A DNA stretch of 64,000 nucleotides from a candidate division WOR-3 bacterium. Lineage in GTDB: Bacteria; Hydrothermota; 32-111. Below the pieces are notes generated by a model that searched no databases, was not told where the DNA came from, and saw only the letters and a list, made by a program, of their open reading frames with translations. The position numbers were made by a program, and so were the translations under genes. The DNA lies in NCBI GenBank assembly GCA_037481815.1, contig JBBFKX010000001.1, positions 320,001 to 384,000 of the forward strand, in the 5' to 3' direction. Of this stretch, positions 47,228 through 57,175 are shown piece after piece (positions within the stretch are counted from its first letter, which is position 1; each line of letters starts with the position of its first letter).

Positions 47228-48454
47228 TTATAAAAAATTAGTTCTGATAAATTTTGAATATCTTTTGGGTATGTAAAATTTTATATTATTTTTAAGATCA
47301 CTTTTCATTTCAACGATTATTCCAAATCTGTTTACATATTTCAGGATTTTTTCCAACATTTCATCATCACAGGAAATTTCAAAATAATCAAGAGAATTAT
47401 AAAACTTTTCGAAAATAACCTTTTTCAACATTTCAAAATTGTCTCCAGTTTTTGCTGAGATAAAAATTGAATTTTTATAAACATCACTATAATAGTTTAT
47501 TCTATTATAATTTAAAAGTAAATCGATTTTATTAAAAACATATACAATTTCCCCTCTGTTCAACTTTAACTGTTCGATCACCTCTGCCATATCTTCAAGA
47601 ACAAGATCTATGAACTGATCTGATATATCGACAACGAAAAGTTTCAAATCTGAGTCCGATGCTTCTTCTATAGTTAATTTAAAAGATTCAATTATCTCAT
47701 GAGGTAAATCACCCAGAAAACCTACAGTATCGGTAACAACTATGAATCTTTCAAGTTTTCTGGTCACTGTATCAAGTGTGGTGAAAAGTTTATCGTCAGT
47801 ATAAAATCTGTTCCTTGTTAACCTGTTCATTATTGTTGTCTTACCTGCATTCGTATATCCAAAAAGTGTAACCTTGAAAAGATTCTTTCTCTTCTCACTT
47901 TTAACTTTAACACTCTTTTGATACTCTTTTATCTTGTTTTTTAAAATTTCGATTCTTTTTTCTATGTACCTTTTCTCAACTTCCAATTTTTTTTCACCAG
48001 GTCCTCTTGTTCCTATTCCACCACCGGTTTGAGACATCGATATTCCTTTCCCGGTCAACCTGGGCAACATATAAATCCATTTTGCGAGTTCACTTTCAAG
48101 TTTTGAAATCGTTGTTTTCGCATTCCTTTCAAAAATTCTTAAAATTAACTCTGTTCTATCGATAACATTCACGTTAAGATATTTTTCTAAATTTCTCTTT
48201 TGCAAAGGTGACAACTCGTTTGAGAATATAACAGAATCAACTTTTAATTTTTCAACCATCTGATGAATTTCATCTACCTTCCCTTTTCCAATATAGAAAG
48301 CAGGGTTTATTTTTTCAATTTTTTGAATCACATCTTCTTTACTGACCATATTTAGAGATAAAGAGAGATCTTTCATCTCAAGTATTGTTTTGTTGATTCT
48401 ATCTTCAGACTCATTTTTAGAAAACGTTCCAACGATAATACAACTACTTTTCAT
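47228..48454 (-). CDS. hflX: GTPase HflX
   Basis: IG.GK, GGIGTRGPGE, GYTNAGKT, LF.TLD, DTVGF, NKID. Confidence 0.96.
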   Translation of the reverse strand: MKSSCIIVGTFSKNESEDRINKTILEMKDLSLSLNMVSKEDVIQKIEKINPAFYIGKGKVDEIHQMVEKLKVDSVIFSNELSPLQKRNLEKYLNVNVIDRTELILRIFERNAKTTISKLESELAKWIYMLPRLTGKGISMSQTGGGIGTRGPGEKKLEVEKRYIEKRIEILKNKIKEYQKSVKVKSEKRKNLFKVTLFGYTNAGKTTIMNRLTRNRFYTDDKLFTTLDTVTRKLERFIVVTDTVGFLGDLPHEIIESFKLTIEEASDSDLKLFVVDISDQFIDLVLEDMAEVIEQLKLNRGEIVYVFNKIDLLLNYNRINYYSDVYKNSIFISAKTGDNFEMLKKVIFEKFYNSLDYFEISCDDEMLEKILKYVNRFGIIVEMKSDLKNNIKFYIPKRYSKFIRTNFL

Positions 48455-49073
48455 ATCTTTTTGATTTAAAAATTTCTGTCAGATATACTATTAAAAGAAT
48501 CAAAGACGCAATAATAACTCCAATCTTCCCCATAAAAATGAAAATCGAAACTATTACAGAAGCAAGTAGGATACCCAGAGTTATCGCTAAAAGAGATCTT
48601 TTAAAATCGAGATTCAAAATAACCGCAGCAAGTGAACCAGTCCAAGCACCTGTTCCTGGAAGAGGTATACCTACAAAAATTACAAGTCCCCAGAATTCAT
48701 ACTTCTTAATATCTTTAGATTTTTTTTCAGTTCTTTCAATCACCCAATCAAAAAATTTTTTTACAGGTGTAACCTTCTCAAAAACCTTATAAGCACCTTT
48801 CAAGAGTAAAAGAATTGGTATCACGGGAAGAAAATTTCCCAAAAGGGAAAATAAGAGCGCATTGAAATAGTTCATTTTAAAAAGTGTCATCGCTAAAGGC
48901 AGTCCTAACCTCAACTCGAAAACAGGCAACATAGATATAATAACCACTATAAAACTATGTGGAATGTTTTTCTCTTTCATAAAATCTATAATTCTGTTGC
49001 TATTCTCAGCGGAAAATAAAATGGAACAGAAAAACAGGATGATCAGAAAAATAAATATTTTGTTCCTCATCAT
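48444..49073 (-). CDS. COG2426 small multidrug-export family membrane protein
   Basis: SMLPVFELR, FVGIPLPGTGAWTG. Confidence 0.88.
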   Translation of the reverse strand: MMRNKIFIFLIILFFCSILFSAENSNRIIDFMKEKNIPHSFIVVIISMLPVFELRLGLPLAMTLFKMNYFNALLFSLLGNFLPVIPILLLLKGAYKVFEKVTPVKKFFDWVIERTEKKSKDIKKYEFWGLVIFVGIPLPGTGAWTGSLAAVILNLDFKRSLLAITLGILLASVIVSIFIFMGKIGVIIASLILLIVYLTEIFKSKRYEK

Positions 49074-49534
49074 TTTTCCTTTAGTAAAACTATTGAAACA
49101 GCACAGATACCTTCTCCTCTACCTGTAAAACCCATATACTCAGTTGTTGTTGCTTTCACTGAAACCTTTTCTTTTTCAATTCCAAGTGTCTGTGCGATCC
49201 TTTCAACCATTTTATCCATATAGTTTAAAAGTTTTGGTTTTTGACATATAATAACCGTATCAAGGTTAATAATTTCAAAACTGAATTTTTCTTTTATCTT
49301 TTCAAGTAAGAGTATAGAATAAATCCCTCGATATTTCTCTTCTGAATCGGGGAAAATCCTTCCAATATCTCCTTTTCCGAGTGCACCTAAAATCGAATCG
49401 ATTACAGCATGTATTAAAACATCAGCATCAGAATGGCCATCAAGTCCCATCTCATAAGGGATCTCAATCCCTCCAAGGATAAGTTTTCTATCCCTGGAAA
49501 ACCTATGAGCATCAATACCTATTCCTACTTTCAT
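49070..49534 (-). CDS. ispF: 2-C-methyl-D-erythritol 2,4-cyclodiphosphate synthase
   Basis: G.D.H, GHSDADV..HA..D, GDIG..FP, VKATTTE..GF.GR.EG. Confidence 0.96.
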   Translation of the reverse strand: MKVGIGIDAHRFSRDRKLILGGIEIPYEMGLDGHSDADVLIHAVIDSILGALGKGDIGRIFPDSEEKYRGIYSILLLEKIKEKFSFEIINLDTVIICQKPKLLNYMDKMVERIAQTLGIEKEKVSVKATTTEYMGFTGRGEGICAVSIVLLKEK

Positions 49535-50231
49535 TTATCCATCCTTTGTAAATTGTTTCAATGATATTTATATCCTGCGGGTTTGTTATCTTCACATTGT
49601 TTCTATCGCCTTCAACAAACTCAACCTCTATTCCTTCCTTAATTAGATATTCTAAATCATCCGTTAAAAAAATTTTGTTTTCTATGTTCCTTTTTAAAAT
49701 CGGAACATATAAACTTTTTTTTACAACCTGTGGTGTCTGAATAAGCATAACTTTGTCTCTATCAAGTGTTCTTACATACCCATCCTCTATGATTCTAACA
49801 GTATCGATCGGTGTTATGTAAGGTGCAATCGGTTTTTTTGATTCTTTGAACTTCTTATAAAGTAAAAATAAAAGTTGTTCACTTAAAAAAGGTCTTGCAC
49901 AGTCATGGATAAAAACAGTTTCATTCGAACTTTTTAAAAGCCCATTTAGAACTGATGCTGGTCTTTCCTCACCACCTTCAACGAGTTTAACATCACTAAA
50001 ATTATAATAATCTAACGATTCTTCGATTTCCTGTTTATCCTCTCTTGAATGAACAAATATTATTTCGACTCTTTCTTTGAATACGGTTTTTATGTTCTTC
50101 AATAAAAAAATAAAAACCGGAGTTTGACCGTTGATCTTGTAAAAAATCTTTTTTTTGTGATGCAAAAATCTCTTCGATTTCCCAGCACCAACTACTACAA
50201 AAGATAAACGATCAATAGATTCTTCTAACAT
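49512..50231 (-). CDS. ispD: 2-C-methyl-D-erythritol 4-phosphate cytidylyltransferase
   Basis: AG.S.RF..K, GG.ER..SV, IHDCARP, QTPQ, TDD, N.KIT.P.D; next to ispF. Confidence 0.88.
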   Translation of the reverse strand: MLEESIDRLSFVVVGAGKSKRFLHHKKKIFYKINGQTPVFIFLLKNIKTVFKERVEIIFVHSREDKQEIEESLDYYNFSDVKLVEGGEERPASVLNGLLKSSNETVFIHDCARPFLSEQLLFLLYKKFKESKKPIAPYITPIDTVRIIEDGYVRTLDRDKVMLIQTPQVVKKSLYVPILKRNIENKIFLTDDLEYLIKEGIEVEFVEGDRNNVKITNPQDINIIETIYKGWINESRNRY

Positions 50232-50892
50232 ATATTATCCTTTTTTGTGGAGATTCAAAAATACTTTCAACTTCAACATCCAACTCCTCCTCTTCGTTTA
50301 AAGGATATTCACCATCTTTCAAAAATATTATTACTTCTTTTTGATCGATTCTCTTGCAGTAATAACCATCTTCGGTTTTTTCCATCATTTTAACCTTGAA
50401 TCTTAAACCTTTATACTCTTCATCCTTTTTGTTTTCAAAAGATGAAAGATCAATAATTTTAATGTTGAACATCTTCAATAGATTTTTTGGTATCTTTTCT
50501 TCGGTAATTATCAAAATCAAATTATTTTTATATGAATAGGACAATATATCGGAGATTCTGTTATCAACATTTGAATAAAAAATTGTTCCTTTTTTCTTTA
50601 AAAATTGAATCGTTTTTAGGGTGAATTCGTTATAGTTATCAATGTTCTCTTTTGATGGTATAAAAAATTCACCTTCCAAAACATTCGCACTTAAAAGATC
50701 ATAAAGTAATTTGTTGGATAAAGATGAAGATGTAATAAAATACTTTTTATGGTTATTTGTTCTATTTTCTTTTTTCAAAAAAAGATATATTTTAGAAAGA
50801 AAAAGTAATAAGAGTAAAACGGTTGCAAAAATTTCTAAATGGAATATTAAAAGTATTATCGAAACAACAATCAAAAGTAATTCGAAGATCAT
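50212..50892 (-). CDS. Membrane-anchored degenerate PIN/TRAM (YacL-like) protein
   Basis: Two TM segments, KKYFITSSSL (compare K.LDTS), C-terminal V.V.SIFES..KRIIY TRAM-like end; canonical position upstream of ispD. Confidence 0.5.
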   Translation of the reverse strand: MIFELLLIVVSIILLIFHLEIFATVLLLLLFLSKIYLFLKKENRTNNHKKYFITSSSLSNKLLYDLLSANVLEGEFFIPSKENIDNYNEFTLKTIQFLKKKGTIFYSNVDNRISDILSYSYKNNLILIITEEKIPKNLLKMFNIKIIDLSSFENKKDEEYKGLRFKVKMMEKTEDGYYCKRIDQKEVIIFLKDGEYPLNEEEELDVEVESIFESPQKRIIYVRRIY

Positions 50893-51896
50893 CTGATCCT
50901 CTCTAAAATTCTCTCTTCCATCTCTTCAACACTTTTAACGATTTCATCATCTCTTAAAACTTCTCTTGAAATTTTCGAATCAAGAGACAGGATACTTTTG
51001 CAGAATCTCTTATAAAGATGAAGTTTGCCACTTCCTTCTGTTGAATCGAGTTTTGTACTGATACATATATCAGCATCCTTTAAATATTCAGATAAACTTT
51101 CAAATGGTATCTTTTCAAGAAATATGATTCTGTCATTATATTCCTTAAATTTTTTTTTCATATTTCTACTTATTGGAAACGATATTATATAGAAAACTAT
51201 ATCATTCTTTTTATTAGCAATATTTTTTGCGATTTCAAGAAAACTTTTTAAATTTTGAACCTTAGTGTTGATTCCAACCCATACGATTTTAAACAATTTA
51301 TTTTTGTTCTCTTCCTTTATAATTTTTTTATCCTCATCAAAAAAATCATCGTCTATATAAAGTTTATTTTTCTTTTCTGATTTTTTAAAATTAAAATTAG
51401 TGTTGTAGATTATTCCAAAACTCTTTTTCTCAACTATTTTTTCGATAAATCGAATTATAAAAGAGAATGGGGGAAATCGAAAGACAGGATTCGAAGTTAT
51501 CATCTCAGAGTAAAGTGAACCCTGATAATCAAGAATATACTCTTTACCGTATAGAAATTTAACAATCAGGGAGATTATTCCCGCTTCATGTGTGAAAGAC
51601 AGAATATAATCGTATTCTTTCTTTTGTAGCATATTCAAAGTTTTAAAAAACATTTTAACATCAAAAAAAATTTTTAAAGGATGGAACCCAACTGGATCAA
51701 AATCTTTGAAAAATCTGCCGATTCTAAATATTTTAAATCCGTTTATATCTCTTCCATAAGAATATGTGAGTATGTCGATAGTGTTACACTCTTTTTCCAT
51801 ATATTTTAAAATCTTTAAAATCCTTGTATGACAACCACGATCGTTGAAAAATGCTGTTGTACATAAAGCAAGGATATTTTTATTTTTTATCATCAC
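50889..51896 (-). CDS. Glycosyltransferase family 4-like
   Basis: F...RG.H.RI, W.G....Q, L..ADI......E...KL..Y. Confidence 0.75.
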   Translation of the reverse strand: MMIKNKNILALCTTAFFNDRGCHTRILKILKYMEKECNTIDILTYSYGRDINGFKIFRIGRFFKDFDPVGFHPLKIFFDVKMFFKTLNMLQKKEYDYILSFTHEAGIISLIVKFLYGKEYILDYQGSLYSEMITSNPVFRFPPFSFIIRFIEKIVEKKSFGIIYNTNFNFKKSEKKNKLYIDDDFFDEDKKIIKEENKNKLFKIVWVGINTKVQNLKSFLEIAKNIANKKNDIVFYIISFPISRNMKKKFKEYNDRIIFLEKIPFESLSEYLKDADICISTKLDSTEGSGKLHLYKRFCKSILSLDSKISREVLRDDEIVKSVEEMEERILERIR

Positions 51897-52842
51897 CCAA
51901 GAATCTTTTCACTCTGTAAATTCCTTTCCTTGTTGTCTCAAAATATGTTCTTATTATAATTTCACTTAAAAGGCCAATCATTAAAAGTTGAACAGAAATC
52001 AAAAGTAGGAAAACCGATATCAGGAGTAGAGGATTACCGGTCATGTCAACATTCTGAAAGATTTTCATAAGAACCAGTAAAATAAAAGAAATTATCCCAA
52101 AAATGAAAGATAAAAATGATAGTCCTCCAATGATGTATATCGGATTTGTTGAAAAATCGTTTAGAAATTTTACAGTTAAAAGATCGAGTAAAACATTTAT
52201 TATTCTTGAAAACCCATATTTACTCTTTCCTTTAAACCTTTTTCTATGGTTAACTTCAATCTCACCGATTCTATAACCTTTTGAATACAAAAGGTATGGG
52301 ATGAACCTATGCATCTGTCCATAAAGGTTTAGATCCATTAAAATTGACCTTTTGAAAACTTTCAAAGTACATCCTGTATCGTGAATTTTAAGTTTTAAAA
52401 AAGATGAAATTATCCTGTTTGCGATAAGTGAAGGAATTTTTTTCGAAAAGAACGGATCCTGTCTTTTTCTTCTCCAACCAACAACCATATCATAGTCATT
52501 TTCTAAAAGGTGGTCTATCATCAAAGGGATATCTTTTGGATCGTTTTGAAGATCTCCATCTATCGTTATAATGATATCATTTTTTGCACTGTCAAAACCC
52601 GCCTGAAAAGCGGCCGACTGGCCAAAATTCCTTGCAAGTTGAATTACTTTTACATTAGAATCCTTTAAAGCTAAACTTTCAAGTATTTTAAAAGAACTAT
52701 CGGTCGAACCATCATCAACAAATATTATCTCATATTCATAATCTTTTAAATTATACTTGAGTTCTTCATAAAGTTTTTCAATGTTCCCATCTTCGTTGAA
52801 GATGGGAACAACAACTGAAATTCTTATGTCCCTTCTTCCCAT
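51880..52842 (-). CDS. Glycosyltransferase family 2 (ArnC/GtrB-like polyprenyl-phosphate GT)
   Basis: VVPIFNE, VDDGSTD, RNFGQS, DGDLQNDP, HRFIP and two C-terminal TM segments. Confidence 0.92.
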   Translation of the reverse strand: MGRRDIRISVVVPIFNEDGNIEKLYEELKYNLKDYEYEIIFVDDGSTDSSFKILESLALKDSNVKVIQLARNFGQSAAFQAGFDSAKNDIIITIDGDLQNDPKDIPLMIDHLLENDYDMVVGWRRKRQDPFFSKKIPSLIANRIISSFLKLKIHDTGCTLKVFKRSILMDLNLYGQMHRFIPYLLYSKGYRIGEIEVNHRKRFKGKSKYGFSRIINVLLDLLTVKFLNDFSTNPIYIIGGLSFLSFIFGIISFILLVLMKIFQNVDMTGNPLLLISVFLLLISVQLLMIGLLSEIIIRTYFETTRKGIYRVKRFLGDDKK

Positions 52843-54086
52843 GATTTTAAATATTCTTCCTGTTCCTTTGTAAGTTTATCGTACTTAACCCCCATAGATT
52901 TCAACTTTCTTCTTGCGATATCAACATCTATCTCATCAGGTAGTTTATAAACTTTTTTTGAAAGTTTTGAATGGTTTTCTTTTATGTATTTTACTGACAG
53001 CGCCTGATTTGCAAAAGACATGTCCATCACACATGCAGGATGACCCTCTGCTGATGCAAGGTTTATCAATCTTCCTTCAGCCAGAAGATAAACTTTCTTT
53101 TCATCTTTCAAAGTATGTTCTACAAGAAATGGTCTTATCTCTTTTTTTCTTGCTGTCAACTTTTCGAGAGCTTTTTTGTTTATCTCAACATCAAAATGAC
53201 CTGAATTAGCAACAATACAGTTATTTTTCATCATTTTGAAATGTTTTTCATCTACCACATTTATATCACCTGTTAAGGTAACTATAAAATCAGCTTCTTT
53301 ACATGCATCATCCATCTTCATCACTCTGAAACCATCCATCAACGCCTCAAGTGCTTTAATCGGATCAACTTCGGTCACTATAACATTCGCTCCAAGACCT
53401 CTCGCTTTAAAAGCAAGACCCCTGCCACACCAGCCATAACCTGCAACCACAAATGTTGAACCAGCAAGCAACCTGTTGGTCGCTCGAAGTATACCATCTA
53501 TGGTTGACTGCCCTGTACCGTACCTGTTATCAAACATAAATTTTGTGTACGAATCGTTCACAGCAACTATGGGGTATCTCAGGATTCCATTTTTCTCCAT
53601 ACTTTTTAACCTGATCACACCTGTCGTAGTTTCCTCTGTTCCACCAATAATTTTTTTCGAAAGTTGAACAAACTCTTTATGAAGCATCGTTACAAGATCA
53701 GCACCATCATCCATTGTAACATTTGGCTCGTTCAGAAGAACACTCTTTATATGATTGTAATATCCTTTATCATCTATTCCTTTTTTTGCAAAAACTGGAA
53801 TTTTGAAATCCTTAACAAGCGATGCTGCAACATCATCCTGTGTAGATAAAGGATTTGAAGCACATAAAAAAACCTCAGCACCACCGGCTTTCAACACTCT
53901 CATAAGATTTGCAGTTTCAGAGGTAACATGTAAACAAGCACCTATCTTCAAATTCTTCAGTGGCTTATTTTTTGAAAATTCATCATGGATGCTTTTTAAA
54001 ACAGGCATATCCTGATAAGCCCATTCGATCCTTTTTAAACCTTTCTCAGCAAGTTTAATATCTTTTATATCATATTTCATCTTCAC
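52824..54086 (-). CDS. ahcY: Adenosylhomocysteinase
   Basis: CLHVT.ETA, SNPLSTQD, EETTTG, FDNRYGTGQS, GRL.NL..AEGHP. ATG 54080 is an alternative start. Confidence 0.97.
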   Translation of the reverse strand: MKMKYDIKDIKLAEKGLKRIEWAYQDMPVLKSIHDEFSKNKPLKNLKIGACLHVTSETANLMRVLKAGGAEVFLCASNPLSTQDDVAASLVKDFKIPVFAKKGIDDKGYYNHIKSVLLNEPNVTMDDGADLVTMLHKEFVQLSKKIIGGTEETTTGVIRLKSMEKNGILRYPIVAVNDSYTKFMFDNRYGTGQSTIDGILRATNRLLAGSTFVVAGYGWCGRGLAFKARGLGANVIVTEVDPIKALEALMDGFRVMKMDDACKEADFIVTLTGDINVVDEKHFKMMKNNCIVANSGHFDVEINKKALEKLTARKKEIRPFLVEHTLKDEKKVYLLAEGRLINLASAEGHPACVMDMSFANQALSVKYIKENHSKLSKKVYKLPDEIDVDIARRKLKSMGVKYDKLTKEQEEYLKSWEEGT

Positions 54087-54090
54087 CTCT

Positions 54091-55227
54091 TTATTTTAAA
54101 ATCTTTTTTATCTCATCGACTTTATCACAAACTTCCCATGTGAAACCTTCTTCCTCTCTTCCAAAATGTCCATAAGCAGCCGTCTTTTTGTATATCGGTC
54201 TTCTGAGTTTTAACTGGTCTATTATTCCGTTTGGTGTCAGATCAAAAATTTCTCTTATAACTTTTACGATTTTTTCATCATCATATTTTGAAGTGTTGAA
54301 AGTATCAACCGCAATTGAAACAGGTTCTGCTATACCGATGGCATAAGCAACCTGGATTTCAACTTTTTTCGCAACACCTGCAGCAACAAGATTTTTTGCA
54401 ATATATCTGCACATATACGCTGCTGATCTATCAACCTTTGATGGATCTTTACCTGAAAAGCATCCACCACCATGTTTCGCCATTCCACCATAGGTGTCAA
54501 CGATTATTTTACGACCGGTCAAACCTGTATCAGCAAGTGGACCTCCAACTACGAACCTTCCGGTTGGATTAACAAAAATTTTTGTCCTGGAATCTATAAG
54601 TTTACTATCGATAACCTCATTTATCACACGATTCTTCATATCTTTCTCTATTGTCTTTCTGTCAACATCAGGATTATGCTGAACACTTAAAACTATGGCA
54701 TCTATTCTCGTTGGAACACCATCATCATACTCAACGGTCACCTGTGATTTTCCATCAGGTCGAAGATAATCAAGATCCCCGAATTTCCTGAGTTCAGCAA
54801 CTTTTTTTATAAGTTTATGAGCATAAGATATTGTCATTGGCATAAGTTCCGGTGTCTCATCTGTTGCATAACCAAACATCATTCCCTGATCACCTGCTCC
54901 ACCGATGTTTACGCCCATCGCTATATCGGGAGACTGTTCCTGTATCGATGTAACAACCGCACAGGTTTGATAATCTAAACCATAATCAGGATCCGTGTAT
55001 CCAACCTCTTTAACCACATTTCTGACAAGTTTTTGAGTATCAACATAACAGGTTGTTGTAATTTCTCCCGTTATAATGATCATACCTGTTGCTGCCATCG
55101 TCTCAGCTGCAACCCTTGCGTTTGGATCCTGTTCGAGTATGGAATCAAGCAGGGAATCAGATATGATATCACAGAGTTTATCGGGATGCCCTTCTGCAAC
55201 CGATTCTGAAGTTAAAAACCTTTTCAT
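54091..55227 (-). CDS. metK: S-adenosylmethionine synthetase
   Basis: [45 protein letters not shown]. Confidence 0.98.
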   Translation of the reverse strand: MKRFLTSESVAEGHPDKLCDIISDSLLDSILEQDPNARVAAETMAATGMIIITGEITTTCYVDTQKLVRNVVKEVGYTDPDYGLDYQTCAVVTSIQEQSPDIAMGVNIGGAGDQGMMFGYATDETPELMPMTISYAHKLIKKVAELRKFGDLDYLRPDGKSQVTVEYDDGVPTRIDAIVLSVQHNPDVDRKTIEKDMKNRVINEVIDSKLIDSRTKIFVNPTGRFVVGGPLADTGLTGRKIIVDTYGGMAKHGGGCFSGKDPSKVDRSAAYMCRYIAKNLVAAGVAKKVEIQVAYAIGIAEPVSIAVDTFNTSKYDDEKIVKVIREIFDLTPNGIIDQLKLRRPIYKKTAAYGHFGREEEGFTWEVCDKVDEIKKILK

Positions 55228-55241
55228 CTTTTACTCCTTTT

Positions 55242-56189
55242 TTATTTTTTTATTATTGTGTTTTCACCACAGATTATCGAACCTTTGAAGTTCTCCAAAT
55301 TCGAATTATCACCTATTATTGAGTTTTTTATTTTACAATTTTTCAAAACAACATTGTTTCCAACTATTGAATTCTCCATCTTTGTGTCGTTTATTTTAAC
55401 ATTTTTGAAAATCGAACAATTCTTTGAAATCTTTGAATTTTCGATATCAGAAGAAGGATCTATAAAATTCTTTCTTTTTTCGATTTTTAACAACAAACTG
55501 TTTGCTTTCAAAAGAGTTTCAAAATCACCACAGTCGATCCATTTTTTTACATCACCGTATTCAACCTTTTCTCCATCATCTATCATTTTTTTTATACCAT
55601 CTGTAAGCTGTATCTCTCCTCTTGTTCTTATATTATTTTCATAAAGATAATTTAGTGATTCAAAAAGTTTTTTTGAAGATTTAAAGTAGTAAAAACCAAC
55701 TATCGCTTTATTTGAAATATAATGCTCCGGTTTTTCAACAACATCCACAACAAAATCTTCAGAAACTTTTGCAACCCCAAATCGTTTTGGATCTTCAACT
55801 TCCATCAAAGCGATTTTTGAATTTTTTGTCTTTAAGAATCTTTTTACATCAAGATCTATTATCGTATCCGAAAGTAAAACAACTAAAGGGTAATCTTTCC
55901 CTTCAATCTCTTTTAACCCTTTAAAAACTGCATCCCCAAGTCCAGATTGTTTTTCCTGTTCTACAAATGTAAATTTTTTGTCAGGATAATTTTTTAAAAG
56001 GTGTTCTTTCAACATCTCTTTTTTGTATCCAACAATGACAATGTATTCATCTATTTCAACTTCAGACAGGGAAAGAATAACATAATCTATTATCCTTTTA
56101 CTTCCAACATAGAATAATGGCTTTGGTAAAAAGAATGTAAGAGGTTGTAGCCTTTTCCCTATGCCCGCTGCCGGTATTATTGCTTTCAT
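55242..56189 (-). CDS. Sugar-1-phosphate nucleotidyltransferase with C-terminal left-handed beta-helix repeats
   Basis: PAAGIGKRLQPLT...PKP, FGVA, VEKP, GEIQLTD, W.DCG. Confidence 0.9.
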   Translation of the reverse strand: MKAIIPAAGIGKRLQPLTFFLPKPLFYVGSKRIIDYVILSLSEVEIDEYIVIVGYKKEMLKEHLLKNYPDKKFTFVEQEKQSGLGDAVFKGLKEIEGKDYPLVVLLSDTIIDLDVKRFLKTKNSKIALMEVEDPKRFGVAKVSEDFVVDVVEKPEHYISNKAIVGFYYFKSSKKLFESLNYLYENNIRTRGEIQLTDGIKKMIDDGEKVEYGDVKKWIDCGDFETLLKANSLLLKIEKRKNFIDPSSDIENSKISKNCSIFKNVKINDTKMENSIVGNNVVLKNCKIKNSIIGDNSNLENFKGSIICGENTIIKK

Positions 56190-57175
56190 CTTTTCATCCT
56201 TTCTTTTAGAGTGTCTATCCTCTCGATTTTCATAGGATCAACTCCATTTTCTAAAGCAAGATAAAATGATATAAGATCAAAAGTGATTATACTGTCAATA
56301 ATGTTGAAAATTTTATTATCATCATCAAACTCAAATATCATAGTTTCGAAACCATTATCTCTTAGAATCTCATTTGTTATCATCGTTCTTTTTTTATTTC
56401 TTTCATTCATCTGTTTAAAGATCAAAAACAAAATGTAGATTTTCGATTTTATAAATTCAGGCTTTTCAAGCCCAACTATTTCATTATGATCCATTTCAGG
56501 CAAAAAGTTGAAATGAGAAAAATGTTTTGAGTTTTCGTGAAGTTGGTTCGCAAACCTTCTGGCAACAGATGAAAAATCTGAATCGGTATAAATATTTACA
56601 ATTCTATTTTTTAAAACTTTTGCAACCTTCTTTGCATTCCCCTCATCAAAAGAATATTCAGTTAGTTTAAGAATAGTATCATTCATTTCCTTTTCAAAAT
56701 TATCATCCTTTAAAATGTAAATCATCTTTTTTAACAAAGCCCCAAGGGTCATCCCAAGTGCTGCTCTCGGAGGACAATCGAGTTTTAGTTTGATGCTCTT
56801 TATTCGATTTTTCTTTGATAGTTTTTCCAAGTCACCACCACTGGAAAGAGTTAAAATTTTTGCTCTTCTTTTGAGTCCTTCTTTAAAGCATTTCAAGGTT
56901 TCCTCAGTGTTTCCAGAAAAGGATGAGACTATTAAAAAGGTTTTCTCGTTAACATAATTTGGAAGATCATAATTTCTGACAACTTCAAAAGGAACTGGGG
57001 AGAATGGGTAGATAAGTTCTTTTAAAATATCTCCAGCGATCGCACTACCTCCCATTCCAGTATATACGATGTTTTCTATTCTTTTCAATTCGATCCTTTC
57101 ATGATCAAGATTGAATCCATCAACAAAAAAGGATGGGAAACTTTTTATAAGTGATAGCATATCATTATTTGTCAT
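56186..57175 (-). CDS. Bifunctional phosphoglucose/phosphomannose isomerase
   Basis: GMGGSAIAG, SFSGNTEET, SGG, PRAA, ENSK, PE.DHNEIVG. Confidence 0.92.
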   Translation of the reverse strand: MTNNDMLSLIKSFPSFFVDGFNLDHERIELKRIENIVYTGMGGSAIAGDILKELIYPFSPVPFEVVRNYDLPNYVNEKTFLIVSSFSGNTEETLKCFKEGLKRRAKILTLSSGGDLEKLSKKNRIKSIKLKLDCPPRAALGMTLGALLKKMIYILKDDNFEKEMNDTILKLTEYSFDEGNAKKVAKVLKNRIVNIYTDSDFSSVARRFANQLHENSKHFSHFNFLPEMDHNEIVGLEKPEFIKSKIYILFLIFKQMNERNKKRTMITNEILRDNGFETMIFEFDDDNKIFNIIDSIITFDLISFYLALENGVDPMKIERIDTLKERMKR

